From: an uncultured cyanobacterium
Lineage (GTDB): Bacteria; Cyanobacteriota; Cyanobacteriia; PCC-6307; Cyanobiaceae
Reading direction: 5' to 3'
Assembly (NCBI GenBank): GCA_963765575.1
Contig: CAVXWZ010000011.1
Location: 448,001-512,000, forward strand
Length of the DNA stretch: 64,000 bases
The notes beneath the pieces were generated by a model that saw only the letters and a program-made list of their open reading frames with translations, was not told the DNA's origin and made no database searches. Shown here one piece after another: positions 18,549 through 28,092 of the stretch; position 1 is the first letter of the stretch, and each line of letters begins with the position of its first letter. A program made the position numbers and the translations under genes.

Positions 18549-19685
18549 ATGCATCGCTTTCGCCGGTTCTCCGTCCTGGCCCTGCTGCTGGCGCTGGTGC
18601 TGGGGGGGATCGGCTGGCGCGCCGCCCTCGCCCAGACCCCGGCACCCCAGGCACCGGCACCCCAGGCACCGGCCCCAGCGCAGCCGGCGGCGTCTCCCGC
18701 TGCTGACGCCGGGCCCCCCGCTGCCGATGGCCAACCCGCACCCGCACCCGACGCCAAGGCCGAGGCCAAGGCCGTCACCTCCGCGGTGGTGCGGGGGCCG
18801 GTGGGGGTGATCAGCAACGAGGGCGGCACCATCGGCGTGCTCAGCGGGGCTGATGGGGTGCTGCTGGTGGACGCCGGTTTCGCCCGCCAGGCCGCGCCGA
18901 TCCGCGCCGCCATCGCCGCGCTCTCCAGTCCTGCGGCCCCAGCCAAGCCCTCGCCCCCGGCGCCACCCAAGCCGGCAGCGGCGGCTGCCGCGGCCGCCAA
19001 GCCAGAAGCCACCCAGCCCGCCGCCGCCGCCCCCATGCCGGCGCCGCGCCTGCTGCTGAACACCCATTTCCACGCCGACCACACCGACGGCAACGCCGGC
19101 TTCGCCGCCACCGGCGCCGTGATCGTGGCCCACGAGAACACCCACCGGCGCCTGGCCGAGGGTTCGATGCTCGAGGCCTTCCAGCTGGTGACGCCGCCGG
19201 CGCCGCCCGCCGCCCTGCCGCCGATCACCTTCGAGCGCGACCTGCGCCTGCGCTTCAACGGCGAAACCATCGACCTGCTGCACCTGCCCGCCGCCCACAC
19301 CGACGGCGATGTGATCGTGCGCTTCCGCACCAGCGACGTGATCCACGCCGGTGACGTGTGGTTCAACGGCATGTATCCCTTCATCGACACCCGCCACGGC
19401 GCCACCCTGGCCGGGGCCATCGCCGGGGTCGACCGGCTGCTGCTGCTCGCCGGTGAGGACACCCGCATCATTGCCGGCCACGGCCCGGTGGGCAGCCGCA
19501 GTGAGCTGGTGGCCTACCGGCGCATGCTCGCCACCGTGCAGCAGCGCCTGGTGGCCCTCAAGGCCCAGGGCTTCACCCTGCCCCAGGTGGTCGAGGCCCG
19601 CCCCCTGGCCGACCTGGAGGCGAGCTGGGGCCAGGGATTGTTCACGGGCGATCGCTGGCTGGAGCTGATCTGGAACGGGGTGTGA
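18549..19685 (+). CDS. Secreted MBL-fold metallo-hydrolase (cyclase-like)
   Basis: Signal peptide; NTHFHADHTDGN, AHTDGD, HAGD and GHGP motifs. Confidence 0.9.
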   Translation: MHRFRRFSVLALLLALVLGGIGWRAALAQTPAPQAPAPQAPAPAQPAASPAADAGPPAADGQPAPAPDAKAEAKAVTSAVVRGPVGVISNEGGTIGVLSGADGVLLVDAGFARQAAPIRAAIAALSSPAAPAKPSPPAPPKPAAAAAAAAKPEATQPAAAAPMPAPRLLLNTHFHADHTDGNAGFAATGAVIVAHENTHRRLAEGSMLEAFQLVTPPAPPAALPPITFERDLRLRFNGETIDLLHLPAAHTDGDVIVRFRTSDVIHAGDVWFNGMYPFIDTRHGATLAGAIAGVDRLLLLAGEDTRIIAGHGPVGSRSELVAYRRMLATVQQRLVALKAQGFTLPQVVEARPLADLEASWGQGLFTGDRWLELIWNGV

Positions 19686-19740
19686 GCCGGGGTCTGGCGG
19701 CGATCGGGTGATCATGGCTGCGCACCCCCAGCCCGCCGCG

Positions 19741-20658
19741 ATGGGTTCCACCCCACCCCCCGCCCCTCCGCCCCTGGGCCCCCCGTCCCCCGCCCTGCTC
19801 GACCGGCTGCGCCCCGGCACCCTCTCGGCGCGCATGGCCCGCTGGGGGGTGGTGATCGTGCTGACCTACGTGCTGGTGGCCCTGGTCACACCGCTGCTGG
19901 TGCAGGCGGGCCTGCTGCCCGATGCCAACGCTGGCCTCGACAACCCCATCTACGCCCCGCCCTCGCCGGCCCACTGGTGCGGCACCGACCGCCTCGGCCG
20001 CGACGTCTGCGTGCGCACCCTGGCCGCCAGCGGCGTGGCCCTGCAGGTGGTGCTGCTGGCCCTGGTGGTGGCCCTGATCGTGGGTGTGCCCCTGGGCATG
20101 GTGAGCGGCTACCTGGGCGGCTGGGTGGACCGGCTGCTGGTGCTGCTGATGGACACCCTCTACACCCTGCCGGTGCTGCTGCTCTCGGTGGTGCTGGCCT
20201 TCCTGCTCGGCCGCGGCCTGCCCAATGCCGCCGCCGCCCTTTGCGTGGTCTACATCCCCCAGTACTTCCGCGTGGTGCGCAACCAGAGCGCCCAGGTGAA
20301 GGCCGAGCTCTACGTGGAGGCCGCCCGCTCCCTGGGCGCCGGGCCGGCCTGGATCCTGCGCCGCTACCTGTTCCGCAACGTGATCACCTCGGTGCCGGTG
20401 CTGCTCACCCTCAATGCCGCCGACGCGGTGCTGGTGCTGGGCGGTCTGGGCTTCCTGGGCCTGGGCCTGCCGGAAACGATTCCCGAATGGGGCGGCGACC
20501 TGCAGCAGGCGCTCACGGCCCTGCCCACCGGCATCTGGTGGACCGCCCTCTATCCGGGCCTGGCGATGTTTGTGCTGGTGCTGGGGCTGTCGTTCCTGGG
20601 GGAGGGTCTGGAGAGCTGGCTGAGCGGCTCCAGCCAGTCCTCCCGGGCCGCCCGCTGA
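19741..20658 (+). CDS. Peptide/nickel ABC transporter permease (DppC/OppC-like); start uncertain
   Basis: HWCGTDRLGRD; EAA motif YVEAARSLGA; PEWG. Confidence 0.92.
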   Translation: MGSTPPPAPPPLGPPSPALLDRLRPGTLSARMARWGVVIVLTYVLVALVTPLLVQAGLLPDANAGLDNPIYAPPSPAHWCGTDRLGRDVCVRTLAASGVALQVVLLALVVALIVGVPLGMVSGYLGGWVDRLLVLLMDTLYTLPVLLLSVVLAFLLGRGLPNAAAALCVVYIPQYFRVVRNQSAQVKAELYVEAARSLGAGPAWILRRYLFRNVITSVPVLLTLNAADAVLVLGGLGFLGLGLPETIPEWGGDLQQALTALPTGIWWTALYPGLAMFVLVLGLSFLGEGLESWLSGSSQSSRAAR

Positions 20659-20661
20659 GCG

Positions 20662-21522
20662 ATGGCGGTCGCCACCCTGCACTGCTGGCGGCCCCCCGCC
20701 GGGGAAGCGGGAGCCGGCGTTGTGCGGCCCTGGGCGGTGCTGGCCCTGGTGCACGGCATCGGCAGCCATGGCGGCAGCTTCGCGCCGCTGGCCGAGGCGC
20801 TCACGCCCGAGGGCCTGATCCTCGTGGCGGTGGACCTGCCCGGCCACGGCCGCTCCCCCGGTCGCCAGGGCGATGTGCGCCACTGGCAGCAGCTGCGCGC
20901 CGCCGTGGATCAGCTGCTGCAGCGGGCCAAGCAGGAGGCGCCGGAGCTGCCCTGTTTTCTGCTTGGCCACAGCCTCGGCGGCGCCATCGTGCTCGATGCC
21001 GCTGAACGCGAGCAGGCGAGTGAGGGCGGGCGCCTGCGGGGGGTGGTGGTGAGCAACCCGGCCCTGGCGGTGGAGCCCAGCGGCCCGCTGCGCCTGCGGC
21101 TGCTGCTGGCCCAGCTGCTTTCCCGCCTCTGGCCGGGCTTCACCCTCGCCACCGGCATCTCCCTGGCGGCGGCGGCCCACGACCCGGCGGTGGGCGAGCG
21201 CATCGCCGCCGATCCCCTCCGTCACGACCGCTGTTCCGCCGCCCTGGCGGTGGCCTGGCAGCGCTGCAGCCGCGCCCTGATGGCCACCGCGGCCGCCTTC
21301 CCCCTGCCGCTGCTGGTGCTGCAGAGCAGCGGCGATGGGGTGATCAGCGCCGCCGCCGTGCAGCGCTATGTCGAGATGATTCGGGCAGGGGCAGCACTGC
21401 GGGCAGGGCCGCCGGATGTGACCCTGCGCCTGTATGAGCAAAGCCTCCATGAGCTGTTCGACGACCGCGAGCGCAACGCCGTGATCGCCGATCTGCTGGC
21501 CTGGCTGCGGGCCCATGGCTGA
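20662..21522 (+). CDS. Alpha/beta hydrolase, lysophospholipase-like
   Basis: LVHGIGSH, DLPGHGRS, GHSLGG nucleophile elbow, HELF. Confidence 0.9.
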   Translation: MAVATLHCWRPPAGEAGAGVVRPWAVLALVHGIGSHGGSFAPLAEALTPEGLILVAVDLPGHGRSPGRQGDVRHWQQLRAAVDQLLQRAKQEAPELPCFLLGHSLGGAIVLDAAEREQASEGGRLRGVVVSNPALAVEPSGPLRLRLLLAQLLSRLWPGFTLATGISLAAAAHDPAVGERIAADPLRHDRCSAALAVAWQRCSRALMATAAAFPLPLLVLQSSGDGVISAAAVQRYVEMIRAGAALRAGPPDVTLRLYEQSLHELFDDRERNAVIADLLAWLRAHG

Positions 21523-22945
21523 GCGCCGCCGCGATCGCGTGCAGCCGCCGCTGGCGCCGATCCGGCCCGCCTACAGCCCCGCCCTGCTGCGGCTGGTGCA
21601 TGGATTGCTGCCGCTGCTGCTGCGTTGGCGCCTGGTGCCCTGGCTGCCGGCGGGCATCACCCACCTGGCGCTGGCGAACGGCGCAGCGCTGGTGGCGCTG
21701 CTTGAGCAGTTCCGCGCCGGCCGCTGCCGTCTGCTGCTGGCCTTCCGCCACAGCGCCGCCGACGATCCCCTCTGCGGCCTCTGGCTCCTCGGGCGCGGCC
21801 TGCCCCGCGCCCTGCGGCCCCAGCCCGTGCACTTCCTCTACGACCGCGGCATGCCCCTGTGGGCCGGACGTCCCCTGGGCTGGCTGCTGGCGGCCCTGGG
21901 CGGGGTGTCGCTGCGGCGGGGCCGCCAGCCCGACTGGAGCGCCCTGCGCCAGGCCCGCGCGTTGATGCGCGACGGCCCCTTTCCCTTCGCGGTGGCGCCG
22001 GAGGGGGCCACCAACGGCCTGGGGGATGTGCTCGGCCCGCTCGAGCCCGGCAGTGCCCGGCTGGCGCTCTGGTGCCGCGACGACCTGCGCCGCGCCGGCC
22101 GCTCCGAGGCGGTGTGGATCGTGCCGATCGGCATCCACTACACCTACCCCGATGCCGCCTGGCCGCGGCTGCAGCGGCTGCTGGAGCGCCTCGAGCGCCA
22201 GATGGGGCTGGCGCCACTGCCTCAGCCCCTGCCTCAGCCCCAGCAGCGGGCGGAGTTGCTGCCGGAGTTCTGCCGCCAGCGGCTGCTGCGCCTGGGCGAG
22301 CAGCTGCTCACGGCCCTGGAGGCCTTCTACGGGCGCTTCGGCGAGGGTGCCGGGCCTCCGAACGGCGCTGCCGGAGCAACGGCTGACGGCGCTGCCGGAG
22401 CAACAACGGCTGACGGCGAGGCTGGGGCGGCTGATGGCCCCCCGAACGGCTGCGACGGCCGCATCGCGGCCCTGCGCCAGCGGGTGCTGCGGCTGGCGGA
22501 AACGCGCCTGAAGGTGCAGCCGGCCGGCAGCCCTGAGGACCGCTGCCGCCGCCTTGAGGAGGTGGCCTGGCAGTGGATCCACCGCGAGGACCTGCCGCCC
22601 CGCCGGCACTTGCCGCCCCTGCAGCGCAACCTGGCCGACCGGGCCGCGGCCGAGGCCGCCCTGGCCCTGCAGCACATGCGCCTGGTGGAAACCTTCGTGG
22701 CCGTCTCCGGCGGCTACCTCGACAAGCCCAGCTTCGAGCGCTGCGCCGACATCGCCCTGCTGCTCCACGACGGCCTGGCCCGCCTGGGCGGCGGCGCCCT
22801 GCCGGCCCGTCCCCGCCTGGGCCGCCGCCACGCCCAGCTGCGGGTGGCCACGCCGCTGGCGGTGCCGGCTGAGCCCGGCGGCCGCCGCCAGCTCGACGCG
22901 CTCAGCGCCCTGCTGGAGCAGCGCCTGCGCGCTGGCCTGCCCTGA
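21515..22945 (+). CDS. Glycerolipid acyltransferase (PlsC-like, cyanobacterial long form)
   Basis: FRHSAADD (HX4D) and APEGATNG motifs. Confidence 0.85.
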   Translation: MAERRRDRVQPPLAPIRPAYSPALLRLVHGLLPLLLRWRLVPWLPAGITHLALANGAALVALLEQFRAGRCRLLLAFRHSAADDPLCGLWLLGRGLPRALRPQPVHFLYDRGMPLWAGRPLGWLLAALGGVSLRRGRQPDWSALRQARALMRDGPFPFAVAPEGATNGLGDVLGPLEPGSARLALWCRDDLRRAGRSEAVWIVPIGIHYTYPDAAWPRLQRLLERLERQMGLAPLPQPLPQPQQRAELLPEFCRQRLLRLGEQLLTALEAFYGRFGEGAGPPNGAAGATADGAAGATTADGEAGAADGPPNGCDGRIAALRQRVLRLAETRLKVQPAGSPEDRCRRLEEVAWQWIHREDLPPRRHLPPLQRNLADRAAAEAALALQHMRLVETFVAVSGGYLDKPSFERCADIALLLHDGLARLGGGALPARPRLGRRHAQLRVATPLAVPAEPGGRRQLDALSALLEQRLRAGLP

Positions 22946-22984
22946 GCCAGAATTGGATCCGTTGATGATCTGCCGCAGCGTGCC

Positions 22985-23302
22985 ATGCCCTGGTGGCTCG
23001 ATCTGGTGCTGTTGGCCAGCGCGGTGGCCTTCTGGTGGAGTGCCAACCGCGAGCCGGACGACGTCTGGGTGCTGCTCAAAGGCCTGCTCGCCCTGGTGTG
23101 CCTGGCGGTGGTGCTGCTGGGCGGCCGCCAGGTGCCGCTGGAGCTGCTGGCCCTGGGCCTGGCCCTGTGGCTGCCGAGTTCCACCAGCCCCCACCTCTGG
23201 AGCCGCAGCGCCGGCCGCGGGCTCGGTGGCCGTCAGCAGCGCAGCCGCAGCGTGCGCGGCAGCTCCTCGGCGATGGCGCCTTCGGCGTCCAGGGGCGGAT
23301 AG
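22985..23302 (+). CDS. Small hypothetical membrane protein
   Basis: Three hydrophobic segments; tail overlaps the trmH 3' end. Confidence 0.55.
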   Translation: MPWWLDLVLLASAVAFWWSANREPDDVWVLLKGLLALVCLAVVLLGGRQVPLELLALGLALWLPSSTSPHLWSRSAGRGLGGRQQRSRSVRGSSSAMAPSASRGG

Positions 23303-23922
23303 TCGCGGCCCTGCCGGCGGCACCACTCAGCCACCTGCGGGTAGGCCCACTCGAACAGCTGGCGGCGGTAGCGCTCCGGCGCCATGCCGGCGCCGCCGCT
23401 GGGCACCAGCCCCGCCGCCTGGCGCTGGCGCAGGGCCTCGAACAGCACGGTGGCCGCCGCCACGCTCACGTTCAGCGACTGCACCATGCCCCGCATCGGG
23501 ATCACGATGGGCTGGTCCACCAGCGCCGCGGCCGCTGCGCTCAGACCCCACTTCTCGGCCCCCAGCACGAAGGCCGTGGGGCCGCTGAAGTCGCAGCTGC
23601 GGTAGTCCACCGCCTCGGCGCTCAGGTGGGTGCCGTAGAGCCGAAAGCCCTGGCGCTTGAGCTCCGTGAGCGCCGCGGCGCTGTCGCTGTGCAGCTGCAG
23701 CGGCACCCACTTCTGGCTGCCCTGGGCGGTGCTGTTGAAGGTGGGCAGCCGTCCCTGCAGGCACACCGCATGGGCTTCCAGCACCCCCACCGCATCGCAG
23801 CTGCGCAGGATCGCCGAGAGGTTGTGGGGCTTCTGCACGTGCTCCAGCAGCACCGTCAGATCGGCCATGCGCCCGTCCAGCACGGCCCGCAGGCGTTCGT
23901 AGCGGCGCGGCAGCAGTGGCAT
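23233..23922 (-). CDS. trmH: tRNA (guanosine(18)-2'-O)-methyltransferase
   Basis: KPHNLSAILRSCDAVG, LGAEKWG, IPMRGMVQSLNVSVA, LFEWAYP. Confidence 0.93.
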   Translation of the reverse strand: MPLLPRRYERLRAVLDGRMADLTVLLEHVQKPHNLSAILRSCDAVGVLEAHAVCLQGRLPTFNSTAQGSQKWVPLQLHSDSAAALTELKRQGFRLYGTHLSAEAVDYRSCDFSGPTAFVLGAEKWGLSAAAAALVDQPIVIPMRGMVQSLNVSVAAATVLFEALRQRQAAGLVPSGGAGMAPERYRRQLFEWAYPQVAEWCRRQGRDYPPLDAEGAIAEELPRTLRLRC

Positions 23923-23992
23923 CGTTCCGATCGGCTCGGCACCATTGAACCCCCGCGGCTGGGCCGGAAACCCCCGCCGCTGGTCGGTCGCG

Positions 23993-24361
23993 ATGGGCTT
24001 CGATCAGCAGGTCTACGCGGCCGTGGCCCTGATTCCGGCCGGCCGGCTGGCCACCTACGGCCAGATCGCTGAGCTGATCGGCGCCTACGGCCGGGCGCGG
24101 CAGGTGGGCTGGGCCCTGCGCCGCCTGGCGCTGCCCTCGCCGGTGCCCTGGCATCGGGTGGTCAATGCCCGGGGCCGCATCAGCTTCACCCCCAGCCGCG
24201 AGGGCAGCGACTGGATCCAGCGGGAGCTGCTGCTGGCCGAAGGCATCGCCGTGGATGCCGAGGGACAGCTGCCGTTGAGGCGCTATCTGTGGGTGCCGCC
24301 TTTCGAGCTGCACCCCCCTGTCTCCTCCACCGACCCCCCCAGCGGCCCCGGGCCAGGCTGA
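23993..24361 (+). CDS. MGMT-family alkyltransferase-like protein (Atl)
   Basis: TYGQIA, ARQVGWAL, PWHRVVN (Trp in place of the catalytic Cys). Confidence 0.9.
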   Translation: MGFDQQVYAAVALIPAGRLATYGQIAELIGAYGRARQVGWALRRLALPSPVPWHRVVNARGRISFTPSREGSDWIQRELLLAEGIAVDAEGQLPLRRYLWVPPFELHPPVSSTDPPSGPGPG

Positions 24362-25754
24362 AGCCGGCACCACCGGCCTGGCAGCGCGGCAGCTGGCCTG
24401 GCAGGTGCTGCTGGCGGTGGCCGCTGGCGCCTACGCCGACGTGGCCCTGGAGCGGGAGCTGCAGCGCAGTGATCTGGCAGTCGCCGATCGCGCCCTGGCC
24501 ACCGAGCTCGCCTACGGCGCCATCCGCCAGCGCTGGCTGCTCGACGCCTGGCTCGACGCCCTGGGCCGGGTGCCGGCGGCCCGCCAGCCCCCGAAGCTGC
24601 GCTGGCTGCTGCACCTGGGCGCCTACCAGCTGCTGTTCAGCCAGCGGGTGCCGGCGGCGGCGGCCGTGAGCACCACCGTGGAGCTGGCCAAGCGCGGCGG
24701 ACTGGGGCGGCTGGCGCCGGTGGCCAATGCCCTGCTGCGCCAGCTGCTGCGCCGCCGTGAGGGCCTGGAGGACGTCGTGGAGCTGGGCTTGAACCCGGCT
24801 GTGGAGCCCTGGCGGGGCCTGCCCCTGCCCAGCGACGCTGCGGCTGGACTGGCCCTGCGCCACTCGCTGCCGCCCTGGCTGGCGGAGTTGCTGCTGCAAT
24901 GGCTGCCGCCACAGCGGGCCGAGGCCTTTGGGCGGGCCTGCAACCAGCCGCCCGCCCTCGACCTGCGCGTGAATCCCCTGCGCAGCAGCCGCGAGGCGCT
25001 GCTGGCGACCCTGGCGCAGGCGGGGGTGCAAGCCCAGGCCCTGGCTGGCGAGGGGCTGGAGCAGGCCATCAGCATCGCCGGCCGGGTGGGTGATCTGCGC
25101 CGGCTGGGCGGCTATGCCGAGGGCCACTGGTGCGTGCAGGACCGCAGCGCCCAGCGCATCGCCGCCCTGCTCAGTCCCCGGCCCGGGGACCGGCTCCTGG
25201 ATGCCTGCGCCGCCCCCGGCGGCAAGAGCACCCACCTCGCTGAATTGAGCGGCGATCTGGGTGAGGTGTGGGCGGTGGACCGTTCGGCCAAACGCCTGCA
25301 ACGGCTGGAGCGCAATGCTGCCCGGCTGGGTCTGGGCTGCATCCGCACCCTCAGCGCTGATGCGGCCGAGCTGGCGGGGCTGAAGCCCGATTGGCAGGGC
25401 CAATTCGATCGCGTGCTGCTGGATGCCCCCTGCTCGGGGCTCGGCACCCTGGCCCGCCACGCCGACGCCCGCTGGCGCCTCCAGCCGGAGGCGATTGACG
25501 GGCTGGTGGCGTTGCAGCGGCGCTTGCTGGAGGGGGTGGTGCCGCTGCTGCGGCCGGGGGGCGTGCTGGTCTACGCCACCTGCACCGTGCACCCAGCCGA
25601 GAACGGCGAGTTGATCGACGCCTTCCTGGCCGCCCACCCCGGCTGGTGCCAGGAGCAGCGCCGGCAGTGGTGGCCGGGCGAAGGGGAAGGCGATGGCTTC
25701 TTCGCGGTGCGGCTGGTGGCGCCCGCAGCCGCTGCAACAGCCGCCTGCAGCTGA
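24318..25754 (+). CDS. rsmB: 16S rRNA m5C967 methyltransferase (start uncertain; first canonical start is 24405)
   Basis: NusB-like N-domain; VQDRSAQ, DACAAPGGKS, LLDAPCSGLG, YATCT. Confidence 0.92.
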   Translation: MSPPPTPPAAPGQAEAGTTGLAARQLAWQVLLAVAAGAYADVALERELQRSDLAVADRALATELAYGAIRQRWLLDAWLDALGRVPAARQPPKLRWLLHLGAYQLLFSQRVPAAAAVSTTVELAKRGGLGRLAPVANALLRQLLRRREGLEDVVELGLNPAVEPWRGLPLPSDAAAGLALRHSLPPWLAELLLQWLPPQRAEAFGRACNQPPALDLRVNPLRSSREALLATLAQAGVQAQALAGEGLEQAISIAGRVGDLRRLGGYAEGHWCVQDRSAQRIAALLSPRPGDRLLDACAAPGGKSTHLAELSGDLGEVWAVDRSAKRLQRLERNAARLGLGCIRTLSADAAELAGLKPDWQGQFDRVLLDAPCSGLGTLARHADARWRLQPEAIDGLVALQRRLLEGVVPLLRPGGVLVYATCTVHPAENGELIDAFLAAHPGWCQEQRRQWWPGEGEGDGFFAVRLVAPAAAATAACS

Positions 25755-25814
25755 GCGGACTGAGCAGGAGGCCTGGGCTTCGGGGCTGGCCCCGGGCTCA
25801 GGGCAGCGCCCGGC

Positions 25815-28091
25815 TCATGGCAGCGGCAGCGGCGGCGGTGGCGGTGGCGGCGGTGGTGGCGGCGCCGCGGCGGCAGGCTGTGGCGGCGGTGGAGTGGGGG
25901 CCGGTGCTGCGGCTGGCGCTGCGGCTGGAGCGGGGGCCGGAGTGGGCGCCGGAGTGGGGGTCGGTGCGGGTGCGGGCGCGGGGGAGGTGCTGGGGCGGGG
26001 CGCCGGCGCCGGGTCGGGACGCACCGCAGGGGTGGAGCGGATGGCGCGCTCGGGGGCGGGCTCCGGCTCCCAGCTGGGCTCGGGGATCGGTGTGGGGTCG
26101 TTGTCCTCGTCCACGGGCCTGCTCCAGGTGTCGGCCTCCCGATCCCTGCGGCGCTGCTCGGCGGTGGCAGCGGGGGGCTTGGGCTTGGGTTTGGCCGCCG
26201 GCTTCTTGAAGCTGCCGGTGAGCGCTGGTTTGGGCGGAAACTGCTGCACCGGCATCGACTTGGTGATCGGCACCATGAAGCTCTTCCAGGCGTAGCTGGC
26301 CGCCACACTGCTGCTGCCGGTCTTGCGGTTGGTGTCGTAGCCCAGCCAGATCGCCGTGGTGAGCTGGGGAATCGAGCCCACAAACCAGAGGTCGCGGGCG
26401 CCCTCGGAGGTGCCCGTCTTGCCGGCCACCGGCCGATCGCCGAGGGCCGCACCGCGACCGGTGCCGCTGCTCACCGCCCGCTGCAGCATCCACTGCATCG
26501 CGTCGGCCACCTCGCTGCTCACCACCCGGGAGCCCTTGTCGCCATCCACCCGGCGGCTCCAGAGCAACTGGCCATCCGGGCCGTAGATCTCCTCAAACGG
26601 AGTGGGCTTCACATAGACGCCGCGATTGGTGATGGCGGCATAGGCCGCGGCCATGTCGAGCACGTATTGCTCGTTGGCACCCAGCACCATCGAGGGGTAT
26701 TCGCCGATGTCGCCCACCATCCCCATGCTCTTGGCAACCTCCACCACCTTGGGGTAGCCCACCTTCTCGGCCAGGTCCACCGAGGCTGCGTTCAGCGACT
26801 GGGCGATGGCATTGCTGATCGAGGTGGTGCTCTTGGCCGTCGCGCCCTTGATGCAGAACAGCTTGGGGGGCCAGCCGTCCTTGATGCAGCGCTTCTGGTT
26901 GTTCACCGTGTCTTCCGGCTTCAACCCAGCTTTGAGCGCCGCGGTGTAGGTGAACAGCTTGAAGGTGGAGCCCGGGGAGCGCAGGGCCTGGGTGGCCCGG
27001 TTGAACTGGCTGGCGTTGAAGTCCTTGCCACCCACCATCGAGCGCACCAGGCCCGTGCCCGGCTCGATCGCCACCAAGGCTCCCTGCAGGCTGCCGGTGG
27101 CCCGGGCCCGGATGGTCTTCTGGGCCTCGTCCTGCCAGGCCAGATTGATGCTGCTGCGCACCGTCAGTCCGCCCACCTCCAGCTGCTCCTTGCTGAGCAC
27201 ACGGGCCAGTTCCTGCTGCACCCAGCTGCCGAAGTAAGGCGCGCGGCTCTCCCAATACTTCGGGTCGGCCGGTTTCAGCCCCAGGGGCGAGCCCTCGGCC
27301 TCGATCTGCTGGCTGGAGCTGATGAAACCGGCCTCGCGCATGCGGCGCAGCACGGTGCGCCGGCGCTGCAGGGCCAGGTCGGGATTCACCAGTGGTGAGT
27401 ACACCGACGGAGCCGGCGGCAGGCCGGCGATCATGGCCGCCTCCTGCAGGTTGAGTTGCTCCGGAGTCTTGGAGAAGTAGATCCAGGCCGCATCGGCCAC
27501 GCCATAGGCGCTGGAGCCCAGATACACCAGATTCAGATACTCCGTGAGAATCTCACGCTTGCTCAGCTGGCGCTCCAGCTTCCCGGCCAGGGCCGCTTCC
27601 TTGACCTTGCGCACCAGGGTGAGGTCCTGGCTGAGGAAGACCGTGCGGGCCAGCTGCTGGGTGATGGTGCTGGCCCCCTCCTCCACCGAGCCCCGGGAGA
27701 TGTTGCGGACCATGGCCCGCATGATCCCCTGCAGGTCGACACCGTCGTGGCGGTAGAAGCGGCGATCCTCCGCGGCCACGAAGGCCTGCTCCACCAGGGG
27801 CGGCACGGCGCCGCTGCTGAGCTTCTCCCGCGCCACCGGGCCCAGCTTCTGCACCACCTGGCCGTCGGCGGAGAGGATCGTGAGGGTGCCGGGGCGGTTG
27901 AAAGTGCTGATGCCGCTGGCATCGGGCAGCAGCGAATCGAAGCTACGCACCACGGTGGACTGCACCGCCGCCACGCCGCCACCCAGCACCGCCGCGGCGA
28001 CTCCCGTGACCACCAGCCTGCGGCGGGCGGCGGCGTGGCGTCCCGCCGGCACAGCGGAGGGACTGGCCATGGTGGGGGCTGTGCGGGTCAT
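25815..28091 (-). CDS. Class A penicillin-binding protein (PBP1A family) with Pro-rich tail
   Basis: EDRRFY, GASTITQQLAR, SPGSTFK (SxxK), SLN, GKTGT. Confidence 0.95.
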   Translation of the reverse strand: MTRTAPTMASPSAVPAGRHAAARRRLVVTGVAAAVLGGGVAAVQSTVVRSFDSLLPDASGISTFNRPGTLTILSADGQVVQKLGPVAREKLSSGAVPPLVEQAFVAAEDRRFYRHDGVDLQGIMRAMVRNISRGSVEEGASTITQQLARTVFLSQDLTLVRKVKEAALAGKLERQLSKREILTEYLNLVYLGSSAYGVADAAWIYFSKTPEQLNLQEAAMIAGLPPAPSVYSPLVNPDLALQRRRTVLRRMREAGFISSSQQIEAEGSPLGLKPADPKYWESRAPYFGSWVQQELARVLSKEQLEVGGLTVRSSINLAWQDEAQKTIRARATGSLQGALVAIEPGTGLVRSMVGGKDFNASQFNRATQALRSPGSTFKLFTYTAALKAGLKPEDTVNNQKRCIKDGWPPKLFCIKGATAKSTTSISNAIAQSLNAASVDLAEKVGYPKVVEVAKSMGMVGDIGEYPSMVLGANEQYVLDMAAAYAAITNRGVYVKPTPFEEIYGPDGQLLWSRRVDGDKGSRVVSSEVADAMQWMLQRAVSSGTGRGAALGDRPVAGKTGTSEGARDLWFVGSIPQLTTAIWLGYDTNRKTGSSSVAASYAWKSFMVPITKSMPVQQFPPKPALTGSFKKPAAKPKPKPPAATAEQRRRDREADTWSRPVDEDNDPTPIPEPSWEPEPAPERAIRSTPAVRPDPAPAPRPSTSPAPAPAPTPTPAPTPAPAPAAAPAAAPAPTPPPPQPAAAAPPPPPPPPPPPLPLP

Positions 28092-28092
28092 C

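Noticed and set aside
25815..26130. GGC/CCG-rich low-complexity repeat
   Set aside because: It is the Pro/Ala-rich disordered tail of PBP1A, common in this family
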